DNA from: Candidatus Latescibacterota bacterium
Lineage (GTDB): Bacteria; Latescibacterota; UBA2968
DNA length: 64,000 nucleotides
Reading direction: 5' to 3'
Assembly (NCBI GenBank): GCA_965208125.1
Contig: OZ242320.1
Coordinates: 2,304,001 to 2,368,000 of the forward strand
Below the pieces are notes generated by a model that did no database searches, was not told the DNA's origin, and saw only the letters and a list, made by a program, of their open reading frames with translations. The position numbers and the translations under genes are program-made. Positions 46,357 to 54,805 of the stretch are shown here, one piece after another. Each line of letters begins with the position of its first letter. The first letter of the stretch is position 1.

Positions 46357-47595
46357 TTAGTCCAGTAATTTGCCACCGCCAAACATGGTGGCGATGTCGC
46401 GCTGGATGTCAGCGGGCGTGAGGGGCCAGCCCGCGGCGCAAAGCGATTCGTATTTGTCGATGAAGACGGGGGCGATGACGCCGATGGAGTGGGTCCATTT
46501 GTAGAGGAGCTGATCCAGGATGCGGGCGTCGGAGTGCTGGGGTACAAAGCTGGTGCCGAGGAGTTCGAGGCGTTCGGCTGTGATTTCCCGGATGATGCTG
46601 GGGTTGTTTAAGAACCACCAGCAGCCAAAGGGGTGTACGTTGGGAAATTTTCGGCCCGTGACGCAGAGTTCGTGCTGGTTTTCGCGCGAGAGGAGGGTGA
46701 TGAGGAAGTTGACGTCGGGCCAGTCGCGTGCGATGCGTTCGAGGTTGGCGATGTCCCATTTGCCCAGGCTGTCGCCGCCGTCTTTGAGGATTGGGTTGAC
46801 CTGTCGGGTGACGCCGATCATCATTGCCGAGGGGATCTGTAGTTCATGGGCTGTGGGATATACGACGTTGCCCATGAGTTGTGAGATGCTGTCTTCAGAG
46901 GGGTAGGCGAAGTCCGGGGGGAGCGATATGGCCATGTATCGGGCGTCCATTTTTTGGACCCAGTCGGCGAGGTAGCGCCGCAGTTCCGCAAAGGTTTTGT
47001 CGGATAGGCTTTCTTCTACGTCGTATCCCAGGGCGCGGAGTTTGTCGGCAGGCGCGGGCCAGTTCATGAGCGCGCTGTCCAGGCGCAGGACTGCTCTGAA
47101 GCGCGAGTCGATGTCGATGCCCTGTTGCCACATGGGTCCTTCGGTGTCGTCGAGGGGGTCGTTGGTCATATAGACACAGGCGACGCCGGCGTTTTCAAAG
47201 ACCATGTCGGTGTATTCTTCGGGTGTTTTAGCGTTGTGGAATGCGCGAAATTCGGACAGGTTTTCTGCACGGGGATTGAGTCCCAGGCGATTCATGACGG
47301 TGACGACGCCCAGTTGCGCTTCGGATATTGGCGAGCTGTTGCCGACGAAGAGTTGTTGCCAGATGATGTCGGCCTGTTCGGCGGCGGGCATGTTGTTGAA
47401 TGTGTCAACTGCGATGCCTTCGGGCAACATGCGCGAGCATTCGGCTTTGAGGTAGTGATAGGTGAGGAGTTCGTCGGGTCCCGCCAGGTAGAGTTCGCCC
47501 ATTGAGGCGGGGTAGAGGTGGGTGTGTATATCGACGATGGCGTGGTTTTGAAATGCGTTGTGTACGGCTTCTGCGATTGAAAAATCGGACATCAT
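46357..47595 (-). CDS. uxaC: Uronate (glucuronate) isomerase, Bacillus halodurans-type
   Basis: DIHTHLY, ELLTYHYL, MTNDP, GCWWFLN, PQHSDARILDQL.YKW. Confidence 0.9.
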   Translation of the reverse strand: MMSDFSIAEAVHNAFQNHAIVDIHTHLYPASMGELYLAGPDELLTYHYLKAECSRMLPEGIAVDTFNNMPAAEQADIIWQQLFVGNSSPISEAQLGVVTVMNRLGLNPRAENLSEFRAFHNAKTPEEYTDMVFENAGVACVYMTNDPLDDTEGPMWQQGIDIDSRFRAVLRLDSALMNWPAPADKLRALGYDVEESLSDKTFAELRRYLADWVQKMDARYMAISLPPDFAYPSEDSISQLMGNVVYPTAHELQIPSAMMIGVTRQVNPILKDGGDSLGKWDIANLERIARDWPDVNFLITLLSRENQHELCVTGRKFPNVHPFGCWWFLNNPSIIREITAERLELLGTSFVPQHSDARILDQLLYKWTHSIGVIAPVFIDKYESLCAAGWPLTPADIQRDIATMFGGGKLLD

Positions 47596-47605
47596 AGTTC
47601 TCCCT

Positions 47606-48448
47606 CTATATTTTTAAATAAAAGCCTTCGACCAGTTCTAAAAATTCGCGCCAGCTTTTGATTTCGACATGGGGGTCGGGTCCATCGAGTGGGGCGTCCA
47701 GACGGTTGTACCATACGGCACCCATGCCGGCGTTGTGCGCGGCTGCGATGTCGTATTGCGGCGAGTTGCCCACATACCAGATGTCGGCGGGTTTGAATCC
47801 GAGTTTGGCGGCGGCGGTTTCCAACAGGAGGGGATGGGGCTTGCGTACCCAGTAGTCGGCGCTGGACATGAGAAAGCGGAAGTAGTCTGCGAGTCCCTGT
47901 TGTTCGACTTCCCACATCAATGTGTGGCCACAAAATGCGGCGTTGCTGACGATGCCCATTGGTATGTTTTTGTTTTGCAATATTTCGAGGACGTATTCTA
48001 TGCCCGGTTCGGGCTGCCAGGATGTTGCCGCACGCCAGAATACGCGTTCGACTTCTTCAGGGGTGCGGTCAAAGGTGATGTGCAGGGCTTCATAGACGTG
48101 GCGCTGGATGATGTGGGGATGAAATTCTACCTGTGCTTTTTCCCTGCGGGGTATGAGGTCGCGGTTGAGTTTTTTTATGTGGTTGTCAATGTCTTCGACT
48201 GTGTAACCCAATGGGTTGTCGGCGATGTTAAGTGTGGCCGCATGCCCGGCTTCTGGATCGAATTTGAGGTATGTCAAGAGGGTGTCGCCCAGGTCAAATA
48301 ATAGGCCGAGCGGTTTCCGCAGGGTGAGCCGTTCTTCGAGCAGAGGCTGTGGTTCTTCTTCCTCGATGAGCGGTTCTTCTTCGGTTTCTTCACCGCGTAC
48401 GGTTTCAGGTGTGCGTTCACGCATGTTTTTTGGGTTTTGTCGTTCCAT
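47606..48448 (-). CDS. HAD-superfamily hydrolase with acidic N-terminal extension
   Basis: LFDLGDTL, IVSN, KPHP, VGNS..YDI; start set at Met 48448 because the longer ORF runs into REP sequence. Confidence 0.85.
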   Translation of the reverse strand: MERQNPKNMRERTPETVRGEETEEEPLIEEEEPQPLLEERLTLRKPLGLLFDLGDTLLTYLKFDPEAGHAATLNIADNPLGYTVEDIDNHIKKLNRDLIPRREKAQVEFHPHIIQRHVYEALHITFDRTPEEVERVFWRAATSWQPEPGIEYVLEILQNKNIPMGIVSNAAFCGHTLMWEVEQQGLADYFRFLMSSADYWVRKPHPLLLETAAAKLGFKPADIWYVGNSPQYDIAAAHNAGMGAVWYNRLDAPLDGPDPHVEIKSWREFLELVEGFYLKI

Positions 48449-48532
48449 GTTTGTCTGTCCATTTTCACTGTGTTTCCAAATTATATAGTTTGAAGGGAAA
48501 TGAGGCAAGAGAATTGAGAATGTTGCGTTGTG

Positions 48533-48617
48533 GTAGGGGCGAGGCATGCCTCGCCCGTCATCGCGGCATGTTTGAAGCCGCGACCCAGAATGTAGGGGCG
48601 ACCCCCTGTGGTCGCCC
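48533..48617. repeat. REP cluster (GTAG x2, CGTC x1)
   Basis: GTAGGGGCGAGGCATGCCTCGCCC, GTCATCGCGGC..GCCGCGACCCAG, GTAGGGGCGACCCCCTGTGGTCGCCC. Confidence 0.85.
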
Positions 48618-48703
48618 GCCAAAAATGCTATGGCTTTTAAGCGCCTAACAGTTTATCATAATCTTGCGATTTGATATAGCTACTTTTGACAAGGAGCGTG
48701 ACG

Positions 48704-49534
48704 ATGATTCCAGATCTCGATGTTTATTTGTTTGATTTGCGCGGGTACCTGCATTTGGAGGGGGCGTTGACAACGGATGAGGTTCAGGCGTTGAACGATT
48801 GTTTGGATGAGATTCCCGCGCTGAAGCCGGGGGAGTGGTACGGGTATGTTCAAGGACATGCGTATGGCGATGTGACGTCGGGGATCAATTATCAGCAGAT
48901 TTACGAGGCGGGCGAGCCGTTTGAGGATCTGATTGATCATCCGTCGTGGTTTGAGCATGTGAAGCTTTTTATCGGTGCGGAGGGGTCGTTTGATCACCAT
49001 CACGGGCCTATGTTTATCGATGAGTGTTTGGCCAATTTCCGCGAGCCGGGCGAGGCGATTGGGTTGCATTCGGGTGGGTTTCCGCCGATTACGAGGAATC
49101 AGTTCCGGTATCACGGGGGGCGGTTTATGTGCGGGCAGGTGAATGTGCTGATGGCGCTGACGGATATCGGTCCGGGCGATGGGGGGACGATGTTGATTCC
49201 GGGGAGTCACAAGGCGAATTTCAGGCATCCGTTTTACGATAAGCAGAGGATGGGAGAGGACAGGTCTGTGGATGGGACGGTGGGCGCGATTGAGGTGTTT
49301 ATGAAGGCGGGCGATGCGCTGGTTTTTGTGGATGGGATTTCACACGGGTCGGCGAAGCGGATGAATGCGGGGACGCGGCGCATTGTGGTGTATCGCTACG
49401 GGCCTTCGTGGGGGAATTTCCGGCACGGGTACCAGCCGTCACCCGAGTTGCTGGAACGCCTCACACCCCAACGCCGCCGTATTGTTCAACCACAAGTGCT
49501 GCTCCCAAGAGAACCGCAGGTGAAAAGAGAATAA
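48704..49534 (+). CDS. PhyH-like Fe/2OG enzyme with non-canonical HSG motif
   Basis: YLFDLRGYL, LHSGG, GGTMLIPGSHK, AGDAL.F...SHGS, RR. Confidence 0.88.
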   Translation: MIPDLDVYLFDLRGYLHLEGALTTDEVQALNDCLDEIPALKPGEWYGYVQGHAYGDVTSGINYQQIYEAGEPFEDLIDHPSWFEHVKLFIGAEGSFDHHHGPMFIDECLANFREPGEAIGLHSGGFPPITRNQFRYHGGRFMCGQVNVLMALTDIGPGDGGTMLIPGSHKANFRHPFYDKQRMGEDRSVDGTVGAIEVFMKAGDALVFVDGISHGSAKRMNAGTRRIVVYRYGPSWGNFRHGYQPSPELLERLTPQRRRIVQPQVLLPREPQVKRE

Positions 49535-49572
49535 GGCTAAGCCCTGAGCGTAAAGAACGGTTTTGTACCCCG

Positions 49573-49631
49573 GTAGGGGACGGCCCCTGTGCCGTCCCGT
49601 CATTGCGGCATGATGTTAGCCGCAATCCAGT
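49573..49631. repeat. REP cluster (GTAG plus CGTC)
   Basis: GTAGGGGACGGCCCCTGTGCCGTCCC then GTCATTGCGGCATGATGTTAGCCGCAATCCAG. Confidence 0.85.
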
Positions 49632-49679
49632 GATTTTTGATCGCCCGCGCAGCTAACCGAAGGTGAAAAGGAATAAAGG

Positions 49680-49718
49680 ATGACGAAAACGAATGCCAAT
49701 TTTGGAGGTGCCCAATGA
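49680..49718 (+). pseudogene. hsdM scar (start fused to end; MTKTNANFGGAQ)
   Basis: TAAAGGATGAC start context matches hsdM at 51580; TTTGGAGGTGCCCAATGA matches hsdM 3' end at 53125. Confidence 0.55.
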
Positions 49719-50959
49719 ACTATAGCGATCAGGATATTGCGCGCCAACTGCGGCTGGGTGAGGACAGCCAATGGGAATTTAAGCAGATCGCGTTTTCCGG
49801 GACTCGACCAAGAAGTCCGAGCCGTGATGATCTGGCCGATGAGATCGCGGCTTTTGCCAACACTGATGGCGGAATACTATTATGTGGAGTAACCGATAAG
49901 GGCGACGTCCAGGGGCTGTCGCGCGAGCAGATGGATGAATTGGAGAGGCTTCTGGTAGATATCTGCACCGATGTGATCAAGCCTCTGATCCGTCCCATCA
50001 TCCTTCGACGCATCGTAGATGAACATCCGTTGTTGCTGGTCGAAATACCACAGGGCTATGCCCAGCACGATAGCCCCGGTGGCAGCTACCATCGAGTCGG
50101 CAGTTCGAAGCGCAGAATGACAAGCGATGAGCGACTGCGTCTGGCACAACGGCGTAGTCAGACAAGATTCCCCTGGTTTGATGAGAAAACAGTTCCGGAA
50201 ACAGGTTTCCGCACGCTGGACGAAGCACTGTGGAAGCCGATGTTGAGTGCTGAGGGTGCCGCCGATCCTCCGGTGGCACTGGAAAAGATGGGATTGCTGT
50301 CCAGAGGCGAGAATGGTGTCAGACGTGTCACTGTGGCCGGTGTGATGTTGTGCAATCCCGCCCCGGAGGAGTGGTTGCCAAATGCCTGTATCACCGCTAC
50401 TTGCTATCGAGGTAAAGACCGCACCACAGGTCATATTGACGCGCAGACCATCGGCGGCCCTCTGAAACGGCAAATTGCCGAAGCCGTGGCCTTCGCGGTC
50501 AGGAATATGTCTATCGCGGCACATAAGACGCCAGCGCGTGCGGAACTGCCCCGGTATAGTGAAGAAGCACTGTTCGAGGCTGTGGTCAACGCTGTGGCAC
50601 ATCGCGACTATTCAATACAAGGCAGTAGAATCCGTCTTTCCATGTTCGAGGATAGGATCGAGATCCAATCGCCGGGATCACTGCCGAACAACCTGACCGT
50701 GGATGATATGCCGCACCGGCAGGCGACGCGAAATAAACTGCTGACCTCATTGCTCAGGCGCGTTCCCGCTTCCGGTATCAGGGGTGCTGGTGGGCAGTTG
50801 TATCTCATGGAACGACGAGGAGATGGGATTCGCATCATGCTGCGCGAAACCCAGGAACTCAGCGGCAGGCTCCCCAAATTTCAACTGATCGCCGACTCCG
50901 AACTGCTTGTGACAATACCCGCAGCTTCGGCTGATTGGCGGTACAATTCGAAAATTTAA
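49715..50959 (+). CDS. AlbA_2 (Schlafen-like) domain plus HATPase_c_4 (RecG C-terminal-like) protein
   Basis: GEDSQWEFK, IAAFANTDGG, EAVVNAVAHRDYS, SPGSLP, RN, GDGI. Confidence 0.9.
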   Translation: MNYSDQDIARQLRLGEDSQWEFKQIAFSGTRPRSPSRDDLADEIAAFANTDGGILLCGVTDKGDVQGLSREQMDELERLLVDICTDVIKPLIRPIILRRIVDEHPLLLVEIPQGYAQHDSPGGSYHRVGSSKRRMTSDERLRLAQRRSQTRFPWFDEKTVPETGFRTLDEALWKPMLSAEGAADPPVALEKMGLLSRGENGVRRVTVAGVMLCNPAPEEWLPNACITATCYRGKDRTTGHIDAQTIGGPLKRQIAEAVAFAVRNMSIAAHKTPARAELPRYSEEALFEAVVNAVAHRDYSIQGSRIRLSMFEDRIEIQSPGSLPNNLTVDDMPHRQATRNKLLTSLLRRVPASGIRGAGGQLYLMERRGDGIRIMLRETQELSGRLPKFQLIADSELLVTIPAASADWRYNSKI

Positions 50960-50983
50960 AGTGTTCACGGGACATTTACATCC

Positions 50984-51262
50984 ATGATTCGCAGCTTTAG
51001 AGACCGAAATACCCAGCGTTTCTTCGAAGGATATCACGTCGCAGCGTTTCAAGGATTCGCCGACCAGGCTACGCGCCGTCTCGCTTATCTGGACAGCGCG
51101 GAGTCCCTTCAGGATTTGGCTAACTTGCGGAGTAACCGCCTGGAGGCTTTGCGGGGAAACCGATCCGGCTGGTACAGCATTCGGATCAATCAGCAATGGC
51201 GGATATGCTTCCGCTGGGAGGACAACGAGCCTGTTGATGTGGAGATCGTGGACTATCACTAA
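50984..51262 (+). CDS. higB: HigB toxin (RelE-like)
   Basis: MIRSFRD, NRLEALRGNR.G.YSIRINQQWRICF.W, VEIVDYH. Confidence 0.93.
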   Translation: MIRSFRDRNTQRFFEGYHVAAFQGFADQATRRLAYLDSAESLQDLANLRSNRLEALRGNRSGWYSIRINQQWRICFRWEDNEPVDVEIVDYH

Positions 51263-51276
51263 CAAGGAGTAAGAAT

Positions 51277-51582
51277 ATGGACGTAAAAAATGGTATGAGA
51301 CCTGTGCATCCCGGTGAGATATTGAGCGAGGAACTTGACACACTCGGTCTGTCGGCCAACGCGCTGGCTAAAGCACTGGATGTATCGCCAGGCTGCGTCA
51401 CTGAAATCCTCAATGGTCAGCAGAGTGTAACCGCCGACATTGCACTCAGGTTAGCACGCTATTTTGGGACGACACCGCAGGTCTGGTTGAACTTGCAGAA
51501 GACCTACGAGCTTCGTCAAGCTGAGATTGATGTGGGTGAGCGCATTGCTGAGCGCGTGAAACCCCGAGAAATGATGGTGTAA
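51277..51582 (+). CDS. higA: HigA antitoxin
   Basis: MRPVHPGEIL, ALRLARYFGTT..WLNLQ..Y. Confidence 0.93.
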   Translation: MDVKNGMRPVHPGEILSEELDTLGLSANALAKALDVSPGCVTEILNGQQSVTADIALRLARYFGTTPQVWLNLQKTYELRQAEIDVGERIAERVKPREMMV

Positions 51583-51585
51583 AGG

Positions 51586-53148
51586 ATGACTAAGACGAGA
51601 GATGATAAGCCTACCAATTACGAAGCGGAATTGTGGCAGATGGCCGATGCACTGCGCGGGAGTATGGATGCAGCGGAGTACAAGCATGTTGTGCTGGGTC
51701 TGATTTTTCTGAAGTATATTTCCGATGCTTTTCAGGAGGCGCACGCGCAATTGGAGTTGGAGCGAGATGAGGGCGCTGATCCCGAGGATCCGGATGAGTA
51801 CCGCGCTCAGAATATTTTCTGGGTGCCGCCCGAGGCGCGCTGGGCGATTCTTCAGGCTGCTGCGAGACAGCCGACGATCGGACAAAAGGTGGATGATGCG
51901 ATGGTGGCTATTGAGCGCGATAACGAGGCGTTGAAGAATGTGCTGCCCAAGGATTACGCCCGAGAGGCATTGGATCAGACCCGTTTGGGCCAGGTTATTG
52001 ATTTGATCAGCAATATTGATATTGGCGATTCAGAGGCGCGTTCTCAGGATGTGTTGGGCCAGGTTTATGAGTATTTTTTGAGTCAGTTTGCTCTGGCAGA
52101 AGGGCGCAAGGGGGGCGAGTTTTATACGCCGCGTTGTGTGGTGAATTTGCTGGTGGAGATGTTGGAGCCGTATAACGGGCGGGTTTATGATCCGTGTTGC
52201 GGTTCTTCTGGTATGTTCGTGCAGTCTATCCAGTTTATTCAGGCGCACCAGAGCGGGAATGGCAATGGCGGCAATGCGCGGGCTGATATTTCTATTTACG
52301 GGCAGGAGTCTAATTATACGACGTGGCGTTTGGCGAGGATGAATCTGGCAATTCGGGGGATTGAAGGGCAGATCGCGCACGGGGATACGTTTCACAATGA
52401 CCGCTATCCCGATATGCGAGCGGATTATATTCTGGCTAATCCTCCGTTTAATGTGTCGGATTGGGGTGGCGACCGGTTGCGCGAGGATCAGCGCTGGCAG
52501 TATGGCGTACCGCCTGTGCGGAATGCCAATTTTGCCTGGGTGCAACATATTGTGCATCATCTTTCGCCGACTGGTACGGCGGGTTTTGTGCTGGCAAATG
52601 GGTCAATGTCGTCCAACCAATCCGGCGAGGGCGAGATACGCAAGAATTTGATAGAGGCGGATCTGGTAGATTGTATGGTGGCACTGCCGGGGCAGCTTTT
52701 CAGATCGACACAGATTCCCGCGTGTCTCTGGTTTCTGGCGCGTGACCGGCATAATGGAAGGTTCCGCGATCGCAGGGGGGAGGTCCTGTTTATTGATGCG
52801 CGCAAGCTGGGATATATGGTAGATCGCACGCAACGGGAACTTGCAGGGGAGGATATTGCCCGTATTTCGGATACTTACCACGCCTGGCGGTCTGGTGCGG
52901 ATTATGACGATGTCCCCGGTTTTTGCAAGGGTGCCGCGCTGGAAGAAGTTCGCCGACACAGCCATATTCTCACGCCCGGTCGCTATGTGGGTGCCGAGCC
53001 GCAAGAGGACGATGGCGAACCTTTTGAGGAGAAGATGAAGCGTCTGGTCGCCCAATGGCAAGAGCAACAGGCTGAGGCGAATAGGCTGGATGCTGCGATT
53101 GATGCGAATCTGAAGACGCTTGGATTTGGGGTGTCCAATGAGCTATAG
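51586..53148 (+). CDS. hsdM: Type I RM methyltransferase subunit
   Basis: [33 protein letters not shown] (N6-adenine), LTPGRYVG. Confidence 0.96.
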   Translation: MTKTRDDKPTNYEAELWQMADALRGSMDAAEYKHVVLGLIFLKYISDAFQEAHAQLELERDEGADPEDPDEYRAQNIFWVPPEARWAILQAAARQPTIGQKVDDAMVAIERDNEALKNVLPKDYAREALDQTRLGQVIDLISNIDIGDSEARSQDVLGQVYEYFLSQFALAEGRKGGEFYTPRCVVNLLVEMLEPYNGRVYDPCCGSSGMFVQSIQFIQAHQSGNGNGGNARADISIYGQESNYTTWRLARMNLAIRGIEGQIAHGDTFHNDRYPDMRADYILANPPFNVSDWGGDRLREDQRWQYGVPPVRNANFAWVQHIVHHLSPTGTAGFVLANGSMSSNQSGEGEIRKNLIEADLVDCMVALPGQLFRSTQIPACLWFLARDRHNGRFRDRRGEVLFIDARKLGYMVDRTQRELAGEDIARISDTYHAWRSGADYDDVPGFCKGAALEEVRRHSHILTPGRYVGAEPQEDDGEPFEEKMKRLVAQWQEQQAEANRLDAAIDANLKTLGFGVSNEL

Positions 53149-53166
53149 CAATCAGCGAGTAAGAAC

Positions 53167-53460
53167 ATGGACGTAAAGAACGGTATGAGACCTGTGCATC
53201 CTGGTGAGATATTGAGCGAGGAACTCGAAACACTCGGCCTGTCGGCTAATGCGCTGGCTAAAGCACTGGATGTGTCGCCCGACTGCGTCACTGCGATTCT
53301 CAATGGTCAGCAGAACGTAACCGCCGACATCGCACTCAGGTTAGCACGCTATTTCGGAACGACACCGCAGGTCTGGTTGAATCTGCAGAAGACCTACGAG
53401 GTGCGCCAAGCTGAGACCGATGTGGGCAAGCGCGTGAAACCCCGGCAAGTGATGGCGTAG
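53167..53460 (+). CDS. higA: Second HigA copy without toxin
   Basis: Near-identical to 51277-51582 including leader GAGTAAGAA. Confidence 0.9.
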   Translation: MDVKNGMRPVHPGEILSEELETLGLSANALAKALDVSPDCVTAILNGQQNVTADIALRLARYFGTTPQVWLNLQKTYEVRQAETDVGKRVKPRQVMA

Positions 53461-53463
53461 AGG

Positions 53464-54801
53464 ATGACAAGGAAAGAGTTGGTTATGGTGAGTGATGGTT
53501 GGGTATCACTGCGTCTCGGTGACGTTTGTACAAAAATTGGAAGTGGGGCGACTCCGCGCGGTGGAAAAGAGGTCTATTTGGAGGAAGGGCCTTATGCGCT
53601 AATCAGAAGCCAAAACGTTTACAACAATGGATTCAGTTATGATGGCCTGGCGTTTATCAACCAGCAGCAGGCGAATGACCTGAAAAATGTTGAGGTCTTT
53701 GTTGATGATGTTTTGCTCAACATCACTGGGGATTCGGTGGCTCGGGTATGTCAGGTTACACCAGATGTACTCCCTGCTCGTGTGAATCAGCACGTCGCGA
53801 TCATCCGTCCGGACCCCAATAAGCTGTCGCCACGCTTTCTGCGCTATTTCCTTGTAACTTCCGAAATACAGGCAACGCTCTTGTCATGGGCAGGTTCTGG
53901 CGGAACAAGAAATGCTCTGACTAAGGGCATGATCGAATCGTTCGATGTACAAGCACCGATGGACATAGCTGAACAACGCGCCATCGCTCACATCCTCGGC
54001 GCGCTGGACGACAAGATCGAGTTAAACCGCCGCATGAACGAAACGCTGGAAGAGATGGCTCGCGCCCTGTTCAAATCGTGGTTCGTCGATTTTGATCCCG
54101 TCCGTGCTAAAATGGAAAGCCGCGATCCCGGTCTGCCAAAACACCTCGCCGACCTATTTCCTAACCGCCTCGTGGATTCAGAATTGGGACTGATACCGGA
54201 GGGGTGGGAGGTGAAGGCACTGAATTATTGTGCGGATCTCAACCCAGAGTCTTGGTCTCGGATCAGCTATCCAGAAAGTGTTGAGTACGTTGACCTTGCA
54301 AATACAAAGTGGGGTATCATCGAAGCTATTCAGTACTATTTTTGGAAGGATGCACCAAGCAGGGCAAAACGTGTTCTGCGGTCTGGGGACACTATTGTGG
54401 GGACAGTTCGCCCAGGGAATGGTTCCTACTCTTTCGTTGGACACGAAGGTCTTACAGGGAGTACTGGATTTGCAGTGCTTCGCCCAATTCACCCGAGGTA
54501 CAGAGAGTTAGTGTATCTATCCGCCACAAGCGCAGAAAATATAGAACACTTGGCTCACCGTGCGGATGGTGCTGCATATCCAGCGGTTCGACCAAACGTT
54601 GTTGGTGAAACCCGAGTTATAACGCCAAGTGTTGATACCGATATCTTGAATTTTTTTTCTATGACTGTTGCTCCGATTATCAACAGAATGGAATCGAACA
54701 AGATAGAATCTCGTACTCTCGCCGCTTTAAGGGATGCGCTGTTGCCGAAGCTCATCTCAGGTAATATGCGGGTGAATCTCCCCAAAAACTTATCGAGGTA
54801 G
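53464..54801 (+). CDS. hsdS: Type I RM specificity subunit (two TRDs)
   Basis: GSGATP, EQRAIAHIL..LDDKIELN, IPEGWE, LRDALLPKLISG. Confidence 0.94.
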   Translation: MTRKELVMVSDGWVSLRLGDVCTKIGSGATPRGGKEVYLEEGPYALIRSQNVYNNGFSYDGLAFINQQQANDLKNVEVFVDDVLLNITGDSVARVCQVTPDVLPARVNQHVAIIRPDPNKLSPRFLRYFLVTSEIQATLLSWAGSGGTRNALTKGMIESFDVQAPMDIAEQRAIAHILGALDDKIELNRRMNETLEEMARALFKSWFVDFDPVRAKMESRDPGLPKHLADLFPNRLVDSELGLIPEGWEVKALNYCADLNPESWSRISYPESVEYVDLANTKWGIIEAIQYYFWKDAPSRAKRVLRSGDTIVGTVRPGNGSYSFVGHEGLTGSTGFAVLRPIHPRYRELVYLSATSAENIEHLAHRADGAAYPAVRPNVVGETRVITPSVDTDILNFFSMTVAPIINRMESNKIESRTLAALRDALLPKLISGNMRVNLPKNLSR

Positions 54802-54805
54802 AAAT

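Noticed and set aside
48449-48622. N-terminal extensions in the ORF track (HAD gene; also 41381-41470, 59950-60114, 1987-2175)
   Set aside because: They run through REP or intergenic sequence or overlap other genes; downstream starts fit the domain boundaries better
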